In this document: piece by piece, positions 11,659 through 23,724 of the stretch | How positions within the stretch are numbered: the first letter of the stretch is position 1 | Layout of the letters: each line of letters begins with the position of its first letter | From: Octopus bimaculoides | Taxonomy: Eukaryota | NCBI RefSeq assembly: GCF_001194135.2 | Contig: NC_068981.1 | Location: 136,615,324-136,679,323, forward strand | DNA: 64,000 nt | Direction: 5' to 3' | Program-made: the position numbers and the translations under genes | The notes under the pieces: generated by a model | What the model saw: the letters and a program-made list of their open reading frames with translations, nothing else | Database searches by the model: none | Told to the model about the DNA's origin: nothing

Positions 11659-12779
11659 GTGAGGGAGGTTTTAGTTTTAAGTTTTCAGATTTGTTAGAAA
11701 TATTTCTGGTTGACTGACAACATATGTTACACTTTATATTCTTTTATTTGTTCGTCAGAGGCAGTTGCATTTTAGCCACTGCCAAGTAGTGTGTTTAATT
11801 TGTTCCCTGAATATCGCCATGAATTTCCCCCTTGTTTTTCAAAAATCCCACCCCACTAAATCTCAAAATAGTGGGGGAAAATCTACCCTATTTTTCAAAT
11901 CCTGGCAGCAACACTGGAGCTGGAAGCAGGATAATAATCTAATTCTACACTTTATCACATTCAAGAATATAGACATGTTTTGTAAGCACAACACACGTGG
12001 AGTAAAAAAAAAAAAAAAAAAACACTACCGGTGAGCATGCGCACAACAGACAAACACCGCATCACTGGAACTGTGAAGCACACAGTTCAACACAATGATT
12101 TTTGTATTTTTACATAAACTAGGGGATGGTTACTGACATTAAGCTTAAGGATTATATAATGTACAAGTATAAAGAAAGAATTAAAGAAAAAAAGGACTCA
12201 TTATATTGAATGTTATCAATAATATCATGTAGAAATAGGGGGTGCTGCAGTTCCACTCTGCCTATACACGAGCTGCCACTGATCAGAGGAGTAGTGATAG
12301 AAGGGGAAGGGGAAGAAAGAGCACTCCTAGCCATATTTTAGATTTTCTTTATTTGGAGGATGAAAATGTGGAAGGCCAGGTGAATAAAGTACTGAACAAC
12401 TTGGAAATCAGTGGTTCATTTCATACCACTGTCACTGCACAGCATTCAGAGTCTGCTGCATACACTCTCAACAGCAGCGCCTTGATTTGTTGGTGCTTCT
12501 GTAGTAGTTGTCGTTCAGTCTATGTCAGCTCTGAACCAATGGATCTATGATCAAATGTATTCTAATCATGACTATCCCATTTTTATTCAGGAATTATGTA
12601 CTCAAAGTTGCATTATTTGATGTGCCCTTAAACAGGTCGGTTGTTATTTCAAGGATATTTGGCTGCTATTTCTAGTAGATTGAGCAACCATACAGAGCCG
12701 TGGTTCTGAACCATTTTTTACAGACGGGCCCCTTTGATTCCTGTTTTACTCTACCTCCATAGCCCAAGGTGCCCTACAA

Positions 12780-13123
12780 TGTGTGGCAACTTGGGCAAGT
12801 GTCTTCTGCTATAGTCTTGGGCCAACCAAAGCCTCGTGAGTGGATTTGGTAGACGGAAACTGGAAGAAGCCTGTCATATATATATATATATATATGTTTC
12901 TGTGTGTATGCTTATGTTTGTCTCCCTGCCATCACTTGACAACTGATGCTGGTATGTTTATGCCCCTGTAACTTATCAGTTCAGCAAAAGAGACTGATAG
13001 AATAAGTGCTAGGTTTATAAAGAATAAGTCTTGGGGGTCAATTTCTTCTAGTGACACCCTTTAAGGTGGTGCTCCAGCATGGCCGCAGTCAAATGACTGA
13101 AACACGTAAAAGAATAAAAGAAT
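12780..13123 (+). mobile_element. SINE family A (5'-truncated)
   Basis: CTTGGGCAAGTGTCTTCT...GAAGAAGCC(TA)n...GCTCCAGCATGGCCGCAGTCAAATGACTGAAAC..AAAAGAATAAAAG. Confidence 0.85.
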
Positions 13124-13967
13124 AGGACTAATTAATTACATTGACCCAGTATATGACTGGTACTTATTTTATTGACCCTGAAGAGATGAAAAGCAAAATT
13201 GACTTTGGTGGAATTTGAACTCAGCAAAGACAGGTTAAACGCCACCAAATAACAGTTATGATTTCTAGTTAAACACAAGGTCACAAATTTGGATAGGAAG
13301 GGCTGGAACTGTTATTAATGACCCACAATAGTTAGGTGGTAATATATTTTATCATCTAAGGAAGTATGAAAGAAAAAGTTGACACTCTGATTTGTAAGGA
13401 AAATCTTGGATACCTCGTGTTTTTTTTTTGTTTTTTATTTTTAGCAAAGGGAGAATGAAAATGATACAAGATGCGTCTTATATTACTTTCTATAAATCTT
13501 AACAATAAATTCATTGAGAATGGATTAATGGATCTTGAGGAAATTTCCCATCCCCACCCCAAAAAACTGGTCATTACATATATCATGCTCACCCTTGGAA
13601 TTTCAACTGATTAATGATCTCCACGTTGACCAAGTGTGAGTGACTTCTGTTCATGATGCTATGGATAGACTAGTTGGAACTAGTTCAATATATCAAGGAG
13701 AACAGCAACACAAAATCAAGTACGTCTATCATCATTTATTACTGATCTGAGTAAAACAGTAATGCTGAATCAGGAACCATGTTATTAATACACTTATCAC
13801 AGATTATCTGTGATAACAGGAGTTGGTGATAGTTGAAGATTCTGTTTGTATTGCAAAATATGCCCCTACAACCACTAACAATATTCAGGATACCCAGAAT
13901 GCACTGACCTTCCCTTGAAGTCGTGTATATTTTTTACAGATTTATGTACTTGTACTTATCAACATGA

Positions 13968-14222
13968 GTAGAGGTGCATGGCTTAGTGGTTAGGGTATCA
14001 GCATCATGATCGTAAGATTGTGGTTTCGATTCCTGGACCGGGTGAGGCATTGTGTTCTTGAGCAAAACACTTCATTTCACATTGCTCCAGTCTACTCAGC
14101 TGGCAAAAATGAGTAATGCTGCGATGGGCTGGCATCCCATCCAGCTGGGGAACACATATGCCATTGAAACCGGGAAACCGGGCCCATGAGCCTAGCTAGG
14201 CTTTAAAAGGGCGCATTTATTT
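13968..14222 (+). mobile_element. SINE family C, apparently full length (short-tail subfamily)
   Basis: A box TGGCTTAGTGGTTAG, B box GTTTCGATTCC, TGTGTTCTTGAGCAAAACACTT, GCGATGGGCTGGCATCCCATCCAG, TTTA tail. Confidence 0.8.
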
Positions 14223-15415
14223 ATTATTTATCAACATGAGACTAGAGAAAAGAAAAATACAAAGGCACTTGATCCTAACAAATGATGCAAACAGGTATAT
14301 ACTCAATAAGAAAAAAGAAGGGATCATCATCATCATCATCATTATTATTTAACATCTGTTTCCCATGCTAGCATGGATCGAGCAGTTTAACAAAAGCTGG
14401 CAAGTCAGAAGACTGCACCAAACTACTATTTACTTTTGTATGATCTCTACAGCTAGATGACCAAGAAAATATGTGATAATGGAGACGTTGCTGTTATGGG
14501 CTGCAAATTTAATGGCAATGAATTTACAATTCGATCCATTTTGCATGAAAATAATTCTTTTATTACTGTGTTTTTTGGAACCAACCCTGTGAATGAAGAT
14601 AGATGTATTCATATGTGTTAGATGACTCTTCGCAAATTTTCTTATCATAGAAGTATTTATTGTTTTAAGCTAGACATCATAGTTACAGTTAACTTCTCAT
14701 GTCAAATTTCTTTACAGCAGAGGCAGTATATATGTGTTAACTAGACACCCTGCAGTCTAATTCTCAATTTTGAAATTAGAATTAAACAAAGGAGACATAA
14801 AATAAATTTGTTTCTTGTCCTAGAAACAAAATTCTGTGCTAAGTTTGGTTAAGTTTTGCCAAGAATATTAAATGTTTAAATAAGGTTTTAAATCAGAAAA
14901 CAAAAGAGCCTTGAGAAGTAACTGGTTTATTATTCCATCACTACAGTCTTTTCGAAAAGCTAAAAATAAATAAATCAATAAACTATAAGACAAAGAGACA
15001 TCATATTGGTAGTAAAACCATTAAATCAATTATCTAAACTAATAAATTCCTCGCTCCATGTGGGATTTAGCACCAATTAAGCTTAATTATAAAGACTACC
15101 ATTATCCCTCTGGTCACAAATGAATTTTTCAGATAATAATAATAATAAAATAATGACAGACTATTATCCAAAATAAAAGGATAAATTTAAAAAAAAAAGA
15201 AGTAAAATAGAAATAACAATGAAAAATCAACAAAATGACCTTCATTATACAACACCAGCACCTCAGTGTAATAAAGGTAGACTTGTAAATGGTTGTAGAA
15301 AAACTTTACAGCTTAATACTGTACAGTAAAGCTGTCATGTAACTTTATTGAATTGCTTTAACATTGAGCCTGAATACAGCAAATACAAAATACAACACAA
15401 CAAACACACACATAT

Positions 15416-15447
<32 letters not shown>

Positions 15448-15638
15448 ACATACATACATACATACAGACAGAGAGACAGACAGACAGGCATGTGTATCTT
15501 GGTGTGTGTGTGTAAAATAGAATTTAGATTAAACAGTATTGGAGTAAAGAGTAGATTAGGATTAAAATTCATCATATTCAGACTGCCATTATTACTAGCA
15601 ATATATGCTACTATAATCAATATGATGATGATGATAAC

Positions 15639-15678
<40 letters not shown>

Positions 15679-15699
15679 CCCTCTGTACATTCTGCATTC

Positions 15700-16230
15700 T
15701 AATTCGACTGCCTTTCATCCTTTTGGGGTTGATAAAATAAACGCAAGTTGAGCACAGGGGTTGAGATAATCGGCTTATTGCCTCCCCCAAAATTGCATTA
15801 TTATTATTATTATTACCATTAAGGCGGCGAGCTGGCAGAATCAATAGCATGCTGGATGAAATGCTTAGTGGTATTTCGTCTGCCACTACATTCTGAGTTC
15901 AAATCCTGCCAAGGTTGACTTTGCCTTTCATCCTTTCGGAGTTTGCTTAAATAAGTACCAGTCATGCACTTGGGTTGATGTAATCGACTTATTGCCTCCT
16001 CCAAAATTGCATTATTATTATTATTACTATTAAGTTGGCAAGCTGGCAGAATCATTAGCACGCTGGGCAAAATGCTTAGTGGTATTTCATCTGCTCCTAC
16101 GTTCTGAGTTCAAATTCCACCAAGGATGACTTTGCTTTCATCCTTTTGGGATTGATTAAATAAGTACCAGTCATGAACTGGGGTTGATGTAATCAACTTA
16201 ATCCCTTCCCCCAAATTTGAGGCCTTGTGG
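15700..16230 (+). mobile_element. Three head-to-tail SINE family B copies
   Basis: Colinear copies joined by (ATT)n at ~15797-15818 and ~16010-16028. Confidence 0.8.
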
Positions 16231-18197
16231 CTGAGTTCCTTTCGAGCGTTTGGGCCTCATGGAAGCAAAGTGGCCAAGTTCCTTTCAAGTGTTGGGCTTT
16301 ATGGAAGCAATCACCAAGACTTTTGGCATTATGTTGTGCTTAAGAAGAAGACCCATTAAGCTGGGCAAAATCGCAGTTGTCGCAGATACCAGTGTCATGC
16401 AAATAGCGGCTGTGATGGTGTCACATAAAAGCACCCTTTACACTCTTGGAGTGGTTGGCGTTAGTTGGCCTGAGGCTTTGGTTGGCCCGAGGCTATAGTA
16501 GAAGACACTTACCTCAGGTGCCACGCAGTGGGACTGAACCTGGAACCATGTGGTTGGGAAGCAAGCTTCTTACCACACAACTATGCTGCACCTAATTGCT
16601 AATACATTGGACAAAGTGCTTTATGTAATTTCTTCTAACCCTTTTTATGTTCTGAATTCATATTCTGCCAAGGTTAACTTTGGCTTTTGTCCTTTTTGAA
16701 GTTGAAAAAAATAAGTACTAGTTGTGCACTGGGGTCAGTGAAATTGATTTACTCCCTCTCCTAAAATTACTGGCCTTGTGCTAAAATTTGAAATCACCAT
16801 TATTATTATGTGTAGTGAGCTGACAGAATTCTTATCAGCTTGGACAAAATGTATAGTGGTATTTTGTCATTATCTTTCACCTGTTTCAATGATTGGACGG
16901 TGGCCAAGCTGGGGCACTGCCTTGAATTTTTAGCTGAATGAATCAACCCCAGGATTTATTTTTTGTTCTATCGATCTCTTTTTCTGAGTTCAATTTCCAC
17001 TGAGGTCAACTTTGCCTTTCATCCTTTTAGGGTTGATAGTACTAGTCAAGTACTGGAGTTAATGGTATTGGCTAACCCCACCCCACACCCCAAAATTTCA
17101 GGCCATATGCCTCTAGTAGGAAGAATTATTATCACCATTTTTATCAGTACCATCGTTATGGTGAAAAGATTATCACCATCATCATCATCATCATCATCAA
17201 GACTATTGAAAACAAAAACTAAAATTAGAATAGTTTAGTAAAATTTCAGGAAAAAAGAAATTAAAATAAAGAATGTTTAGAACAAAAAACAATTGAAGAA
17301 TGAAAATATGCCAAGGTCAGTGGCAAAACAAATACAGAATTATTTAAAAACAACATTTCAAGAAAAGAAAAATCAGTTAAGAAAAAAACAAAAAACGAAA
17401 CAATGTTTTTGTATTTTCAAATCATTGAATGGTGACAAAGGTGGGAGTTGGGGGTGAGAAATTCTTCAAAAATCGACTGTTTGTTAAAAGAAGGAATTAT
17501 TCACGATTTTATAGACTTGACTATTTGCCTCGCTACAGTCAATTAATTAATCGCGAATAGCCGAAAATAATAAAGTGAATTATATGTAAACTGAATGCTA
17601 AGATCAATAGACAGAAATAGGAGAGAAAAATAGACAATGTTTATAAGCTATACTAGCCTCTGACATTACTACATTCTTTTAAATGTTTTTAATGATAGAG
17701 GATGAAAATTGAATATTAAATTGAATAGTTTTGCAATAAACTATCCTATTTTTGTTTTGAAATAATAAAACCATAAAACCATTCAATGGTCATAAAAAAT
17801 AAATCACCATCAGGTATGGCTGTGCGGTCGGTTAAGAAGCTTGCTTTGCAGCTAAGTGATTTGGGGTTCAGTCCCACTGTGCAGCACCTTGGGCAAGTGT
17901 CTTTTATCATGGTTCTGGGCTGACCAGTGCCTTGTGAGTGAATTAGATAGATGGAAACTGTGTCGAAGCCTTTACACATTTGCTACCAGTTCAAATATGC
18001 TCGAGGCATATCTGAACCCATCAGAAAGCTATTCACTGTATTTTGTCATGGAGACAGTTTCTCACTGTGAGTGCATTAAATCAGGTAAAAGATTCTATTC
18101 GGGTTTGCTAAAGCATGATTTGAACTCAGAATACAAAGTACCAGAAATACGCTTGCACAAATATAAAAAAAAAAAATTAGTCAAAGACAATCCATTC

Positions 18198-18395
18198 AAG
18201 GGTGGCGAGCTGGCAGAATCATTAGCACACCAAGCAAAATGCTTGGCGGTATTTCATCTGCTGTTACATTCTGAGTTCAAATTCCGCCGAGGTCGACTTT
18301 GCCTTTCATCCTTTCGGAGTCAATTAAGTAAGTACCAGTTACGCACTGGGGTCGATGTAATCGACTTAATCCCTTTGTCTGTCCTTGTTTAGCTC
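18198..18395 (+). mobile_element. SINE family B (well preserved, CpG-rich)
   Basis: GGTGGCGAGCTGGCAGAATC...GAGTTCAAATTCCGCCGAGGTCGACTTTGCCTTTCATCCTTTCGG. Confidence 0.88.
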
Positions 18396-18861
18396 CCTGC
18401 AGGCAATAAATAAATATAATGACAATCCATTCACACCGACCCTACTTTTTGGTATTTCTATGACTGTTACATTATCTAATATATCCTTCCTTTTCATAAG
18501 ATTGCAAGATGTTAGAGGAATATTTAGCTGTTATTTTTAACATGTTGTGCAACAACATAGAATCTCCCTCTCTCCCTCTCCACCGTGAATTGTATTGAGA
18601 TAATTCATGTCTACTGATGTTCAAAAGTTTGCAGTTTTGTTGGCAGATTCTCAAAGCAGATGTCATCAAACTACTTAGCTCTCATCAAAGATCTTAAGAC
18701 AAGATATACATCCCTGATATGTAATGCAGGCTGGAATATTCATAGCCTAAGTGTCCACGTGTTTCATAGATATAGCAACCAGTTTAGTAGCAAAGACACA
18801 ATGAAAAACAAAAACAATCAATACACATAAAATAAAATCATCATCATCATTATTATTATTA

Positions 18862-19091
18862 TTATTACAGCAGAGCTGGCAGAATCATTAGAGCATCAGT
18901 AAAATGCTTTATGGTATTTCTTCCAACTCTTTAAGTTTTGAATTCAAATAATGCCAAGGTTGACTTTGCCTTTCATTCCTCAAGCTGTTGGTTGGAATAA
19001 AGTTGCAGTCAAAACGTGAATCCTTTGATGGCATTGATTAACCCGCTTCCATCAAAATTGATGGTCTTGTGCATAAATTAGAAACAACTGC

Positions 19092-19130
<39 letters not shown>

Positions 19131-19735
19131 TGGTGAACTGCGAGCTGCCAGAATCGTTAGCATGCCAGGTGAAACGCTTAGCAGTGTTTCACCCATCATT
19201 ATGTTCTGCCAAGGTCGCTTTTACTTTTCATCCTTTCAAGGTTGATAAATTAAGTACCAGTTATGCATTGGGGTTGATGTAATCGACTAGCTCCTTCCCC
19301 AAATTTCAGGCCTTGTGCCTATAGTAGAAAGGCTTATTATTATAATTATTATTATTACTATTATTATTATTATTATTATTAAGTTGGTGAGCTGGCAAAT
19401 CATTAACATGCCAGGCGAAATGCGTAGTGGCATTTTGTCGGTTTTTATGTTCTGAGTTCAAATTCTGCTGAGGTCAACTTTGTCTTTTGTCCTTTCAGGA
19501 TTGATAAAATAAATACTAGTTGAACAGTGGGGTCAATGTAATCAACTTACCACCTCCCCCAACCCTGCTGGCCTTGTGCCAAAATTCAAAACCATTATTA
19601 TTATTATTATTATTATTATTGTTGTTGTTATTAAGGCAGCAAGCTGGCAGAATCTTTAGGACATTGAACAAACGATTCAGTGGCATTTCTCTTGGTTCTT
19701 CATGTTTTGAATTCAAATTCTACCTAGGCTGACTT
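18862..19735 (+). mobile_element. Chain of four SINE family B copies
   Basis: Copies start at ~18870, 19128, 19382 and 19633, each after an (ATT)n run. Confidence 0.8.
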
Positions 19736-20319
19736 TAGCTGTTGTTTCTAGCAGGTTTAATGACTATGTAGAAGCTATTTTAATACGTAGTAATTAATTT
19801 CTACATCCTTCTTGCTGATGTCAGCTTCATCTTTCAGTCTTCCAAGGTTGATAAAAAAACAAACAAAAACAAATAAACAAAAAAAAAAGACACAACAAAG
19901 AAAAAAAGGAAAAAAAAAAAAAAATAAAACAGCCGATTGCAGGGCCTGAAATCAATTCATCCAGCCTATATCATATTACTTAATGTAACTAAAATAATTC
20001 ATTGACATCTTTAAGTATCCTACTCGAGTTTTTAAAGACTAATGGGATGTAGATATAATCTCTATGGTGGTTGTGGAAAAAAGGAGAAGGAGGAGGAGAA
20101 GGAGAAGCAGAACAGAAGAAATAAAAGAAGGAGAAGCAGAGCAGAAGAGGAGGTGGTAATATTTTTTCTCAGCACAAACATAACCTAACAGGCTCTTATG
20201 AGATGGATCTTCTATCTGTTTCCCTGAAAGCCAGTCAGTTGTTTTAATGTTAGGATAAAAAGTCTGTTTTTTTTTCTTTCTCTCTCTCTCCCCATTTTTT
20301 TCCCTCTCATCCCTTTCAG

Positions 20320-20425
20320 CCAAAGAGCATAGGCTGAAAACATTAAAGACTTTTCCATTCTTCCCGAGCACCAAACTAGTACACTTGCTTGTTGTTCCTT
20401 CACCTGTCTTTGTCTTTCGTTTATT
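20320..20425 (+). other. Candidate 106-nt exon
   Basis: Long pyrimidine tract + CAG acceptor, TT|GTAAGT donor; one open frame (KEHRLKTLKTFPFFPSTKLVHLLVVPSPVFVFRL), no recognised homology. Confidence 0.3.
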
Positions 20426-20464
20426 GTAAGTTTGAAACAAAATGAGAATATCTGAAATAAACTC

Positions 20465-20745
20465 GACCGCTCTCACAAACAAGAATACTAAAAATGAACC
20501 TGGCCGCTCTCAAAAATTAAGTAGAAAAGAAGGTAAGATAATCCAGAATCCTTGTCCAGTACTAGATTGATCCCAAAATCTAATCAGTTCATGCCAGTCT
20601 TGAGACCAAACATCCCTGAAAGTTTCATCTGAATCCATCCAGCTGTTCTTGAGATATCTTGTCCATGGGCAAACAAACAAACAAACAAACAAACAAACAC
20701 GACTGAAAATAATACCTCTGCCTTCGCTAAGGCAGAGGTAATAAT
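20465..20745 (-). mobile_element. Non-autonomous Helentron/HINE-like (rolling-circle) element
   Basis: Perfect 12-bp subterminal hairpin TACCTCTGCCTT-cgct-AAGGCAGAGGTA (20713-20740) beside a (CAAA)n microsatellite; architecture recalled from DINE-1/HINE-type elements. Confidence 0.5.
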
Positions 20746-20849
20746 AGCTAGCATAGCTTGTGGAAATTCCACGGAATAAGTCAGTACATTTGAAAACAAT
20801 ATGTTAGTGTATTAAACACAAGCAAGAAGTTTTAGAAATTTCTTTTGAT

Positions 20850-21230
20850 ATCGTAGTCATGGCTGAACCCAGTGCCATCTGATTGGCATCCTTGTCAGTG
20901 GCACGTAGAAACTACCATTTGAGCATTGGACCTCACAGAGGCAGTGACAGGTGACTGAGACTTTTAGTGATACACTGTGCTTGTATAGAACTGTCAAGCC
21001 AAGTGAGATCATAGTTGTGGCCAATGCTGGTGTCGCATCAATAGTGCCCTTGCCAGTAGCATGTAAAAAGCACCCGCTACACTTCTGGAGTGGTTGGTGT
21101 TAGGAAGGGCATCCAGCCATAGATACCTTGCCAAATTGGATCGGAACATGGTGCAGCTCCCTGGCTTACCAGTTTTCAGTCAAACTGTCCAACCCATGCC
21201 AGCACGGAAAGCAGATGTTAAACGATTTTG

Positions 21231-21232
<2 letters not shown>
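20850..21232 (+). mobile_element. Family D element
   Basis: AAAAAGCACCC..ACACTTCTGGAGTGGTTGGTGTTAGGAAGGGCATCCAG...CCATGCCAGCACGGAAAGCAGATGTTAAA. Confidence 0.75.
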
Positions 21233-21263
<31 letters not shown>

Positions 21264-21502
21264 NNNNNNNNNNNNNNNNNNNNNNNNNNNNNNNNNNNNN
21301 NNNNNNNNNNNNNNNNNNNNNNNNNNNNNNNNNNNNNNNNNNNNNNNNNNNNNNNNNNNNNNNNNNNNNNNNNNNNNNNNNNNNNNNNNNNNNNNNNNNN
21401 NNNNNNNNNNNNNNNNNNNNNNNNNNNNNNNNNNNNNNNNNNNNNNNNNNNNNNNNNNNNNNNNNNNNNNNNNNNNNNNNNNNNNNNNNNNNNNNNNNNN
21501 NN

Positions 21503-21541
<39 letters not shown>

Positions 21542-21546
<5 letters not shown>

Positions 21547-21740
21547 TCAATCCAAACAAGAGCAAGTAAGAAAAACAACAATGCGAGGACGTGGAACAAG
21601 TATTGTGTTATTGGACGCTCAGGAAAAGAAAGAGGATTTCACATTTTGAGCAGAGCTCTTCATCAGAAATATAGAAAAAGTCCAAAGAAGGGAAGATGGA
21701 GAAAGAAAATCACCAACGATACACACATGGTCACATATTG
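21542..21740 (-). mobile_element. PLE-like pseudo-LTR fragment with hammerhead motif
   Basis: Abuts (TA)n; shares AGCGT..AATAAC..ACTTGTTCC..TTTTTCTT..TTGCTC with the 6506-6700 module. Confidence 0.55.
21636..21670 (-). ncRNA. Decayed minimal type I hammerhead ribozyme motif
   Basis: Minus strand ATTT CTGATGA A GAGC TCT GCTC AAAA TGT G AAAT; perfect stems I and II; CpG-type changes of GAAACGT. Confidence 0.6.
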
Positions 21741-21799
21741 AATGACCGGAAGAGAATGGGTGAAGAAAAAAGTTCTTTCTAAGACAGGAGAGTGCAAGA

Positions 21800-21844
21800 G
21801 AAGGAGGTGTATGTGTGTATGTGTAGGTATGTGCATGCACGCAG

Positions 21845-21875
<31 letters not shown>

Positions 21876-22570
21876 GTTGTCTGCTTATGTATGTGTGTGG
21901 TTGAACTTCGTGTCATAGGAAGAATTTATAGTAAGAATTTTCGTAGGAGTGGCTGTCTATTGTGTGTCTCCCTACACATGTGCATAGGGGAATGGTCAGT
22001 AGAAAGGTGTTTAACTGGTAGTTTGAAGTATGTGTGTGTGTGTGTGTGTTTTGTGGGCAGTGTGTGTGTGTGTGTGTACGTGTGGGTATGCGTGTACACG
22101 TTAGGTTGTGTCTGTGGAGTAAATGTACGTTACTCTGTGTGTGTGTGTGTCCATGTATGTATAATTGTGCATGTGTATGTATGAGTGTGTGTTGTGTGTG
22201 TATGGGAGGTATGTGTGGGTTCATTTGCGTGTGTGTGTGTGTATGTGTGAATGTATGTGTGTGTACATGTGTGAATATGTATGTGTGTGAGTATTTTGTT
22301 TGTGTATGTGTGCGCGTATGTGTGTGTGTGTGCATGTGTGTGAACGAGGGGTTGTGTGAGGAGGTATATGTGCGTTTTTTTTGTGCTTGTATGTGTATGT
22401 GCGTGTAGTTGTGTGTGCGTGTATGCTGGTGTGTATACGTGTATGCATGGGGTTGTGAGTGTTAGGTATGTTTGCATTCGCGTGTGTGTGTGTGTGTGCA
22501 CGTGCGTGTGTATGCGCATGTGCATCTATATGTGTATGCATATGTGTATGTGCGTGTTTGTATATATTGA
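21800..22570 (+). repeat. Long degenerate (GT)n-rich simple sequence
   Basis: ~770 bp of interrupted GT/AT dinucleotides. Confidence 0.9.
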
Positions 22571-23143
22571 GTTTGTGTATCTCGACCCAAATCATCTCAT
22601 TTCACCCGCATTGCTAACTCAGAAAGGGCATGAATGTCACAGACTCTCATTTTCCCCAAAAGATGATAGATTTAATGGAGGGGGGAGATAGTGTGAGAGA
22701 AGTCTCTGTGTGTTTCTGTCAATGAGTGTGTGTGTCTGTGTGATACAGATGATTGTATGTGCGTATGAGATTCCATGTGAGTGTGTATGTGATAAGAATG
22801 TGTATATATGTGTATCACAAGTGAGTGTGTGCAAGTATGTGGAGAATACAGGTTTATGTGATGAGTATAAGATGTAGGTGTACAAATGAGAGAGAGAGAG
22901 AATGTGTGTGTGTGTGTGTGTGTAGGAATAATACATAATTTCTATATGGTATTTGTTTTTGACATTTACTGAAAGGTGATTTTTCATTTAAATGTCTGTA
23001 TTGAAGCTGTCTACTGTGCAATAAACCAAAGAAGGAATTAGTGGTGCTGATATTCCTTCAGGATGTCTTGAAGTAGTTGGAACTTATTCATTTTCTCTCT
23101 CTTTCTCATTTGTTTCACATCTGTTTTTCCTAGCTTGCAGGGG

Positions 23144-23193
<50 letters not shown>

Positions 23194-23676
23194 TACAGAG
23201 GCATTGCTTTTCAATCGGATGTTTTTTCCTGTCACTAACCTTTACCTATTTTACAAATTATGGATTTTCCCTTCTGCTCATCTTTGAAAGCATAAACACA
23301 CCAAACAATTTATTAACAAGGAAATGACAACAAACAACACTATTTATAGCAGAGGATATTTTTCACGTTAAACATAAATATTCATACAGACACATAGCTA
23401 CTGATAAAGGGTATACATTAAGAAATATTAAGATTTTCTCTGTTTCATTTATTAACATATTTATTTTCATTGTACACATTCATTTATTGTTGTTGTTTCA
23501 TATCATATTTCTATGCTTTATCAGTTGCTTGTTTTGCTTGTCTGACATTGTGTATTGTTGTTTTGTTGAATCCTCACCTTATAATCTTACATGTCTTATT
23601 TGAGAGATTTTATCTAATTATATCCTTATATCTACACAAAATGAATCACTGCTATTTTGGACAATGATCATAGCAC

Positions 23677-23720
<44 letters not shown>

Positions 23721-23724
<4 letters not shown>

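Noticed and set aside
12152-12334. 60-aa minus-strand ORF with a hydrophobic C-terminus (MARSALSSPSP...)
   Set aside because: No recognisable homology or splice support; length is within chance expectation.
13793-13818. 10-bp hairpin TTATCACAGA-tta-TCTGTGATAA
   Set aside because: Expected occasionally by chance in AT-rich sequence; no supporting context.
14457-14621. Short plus-strand ORF (MTKKICDNGDVAVMGCKFNGNEF...)
   Set aside because: Protein-like by eye, but no recognised family and no convincing splice sites.
17856-18392. 178-aa ORF
   Set aside because: Chance read-through of a SINE A head, spacer and SINE B.
21792-22691. ORFs of VC/HT/YI repeats here and throughout
   Set aside because: Translations of (TG)n, (CA)n and (TA)n microsatellites.
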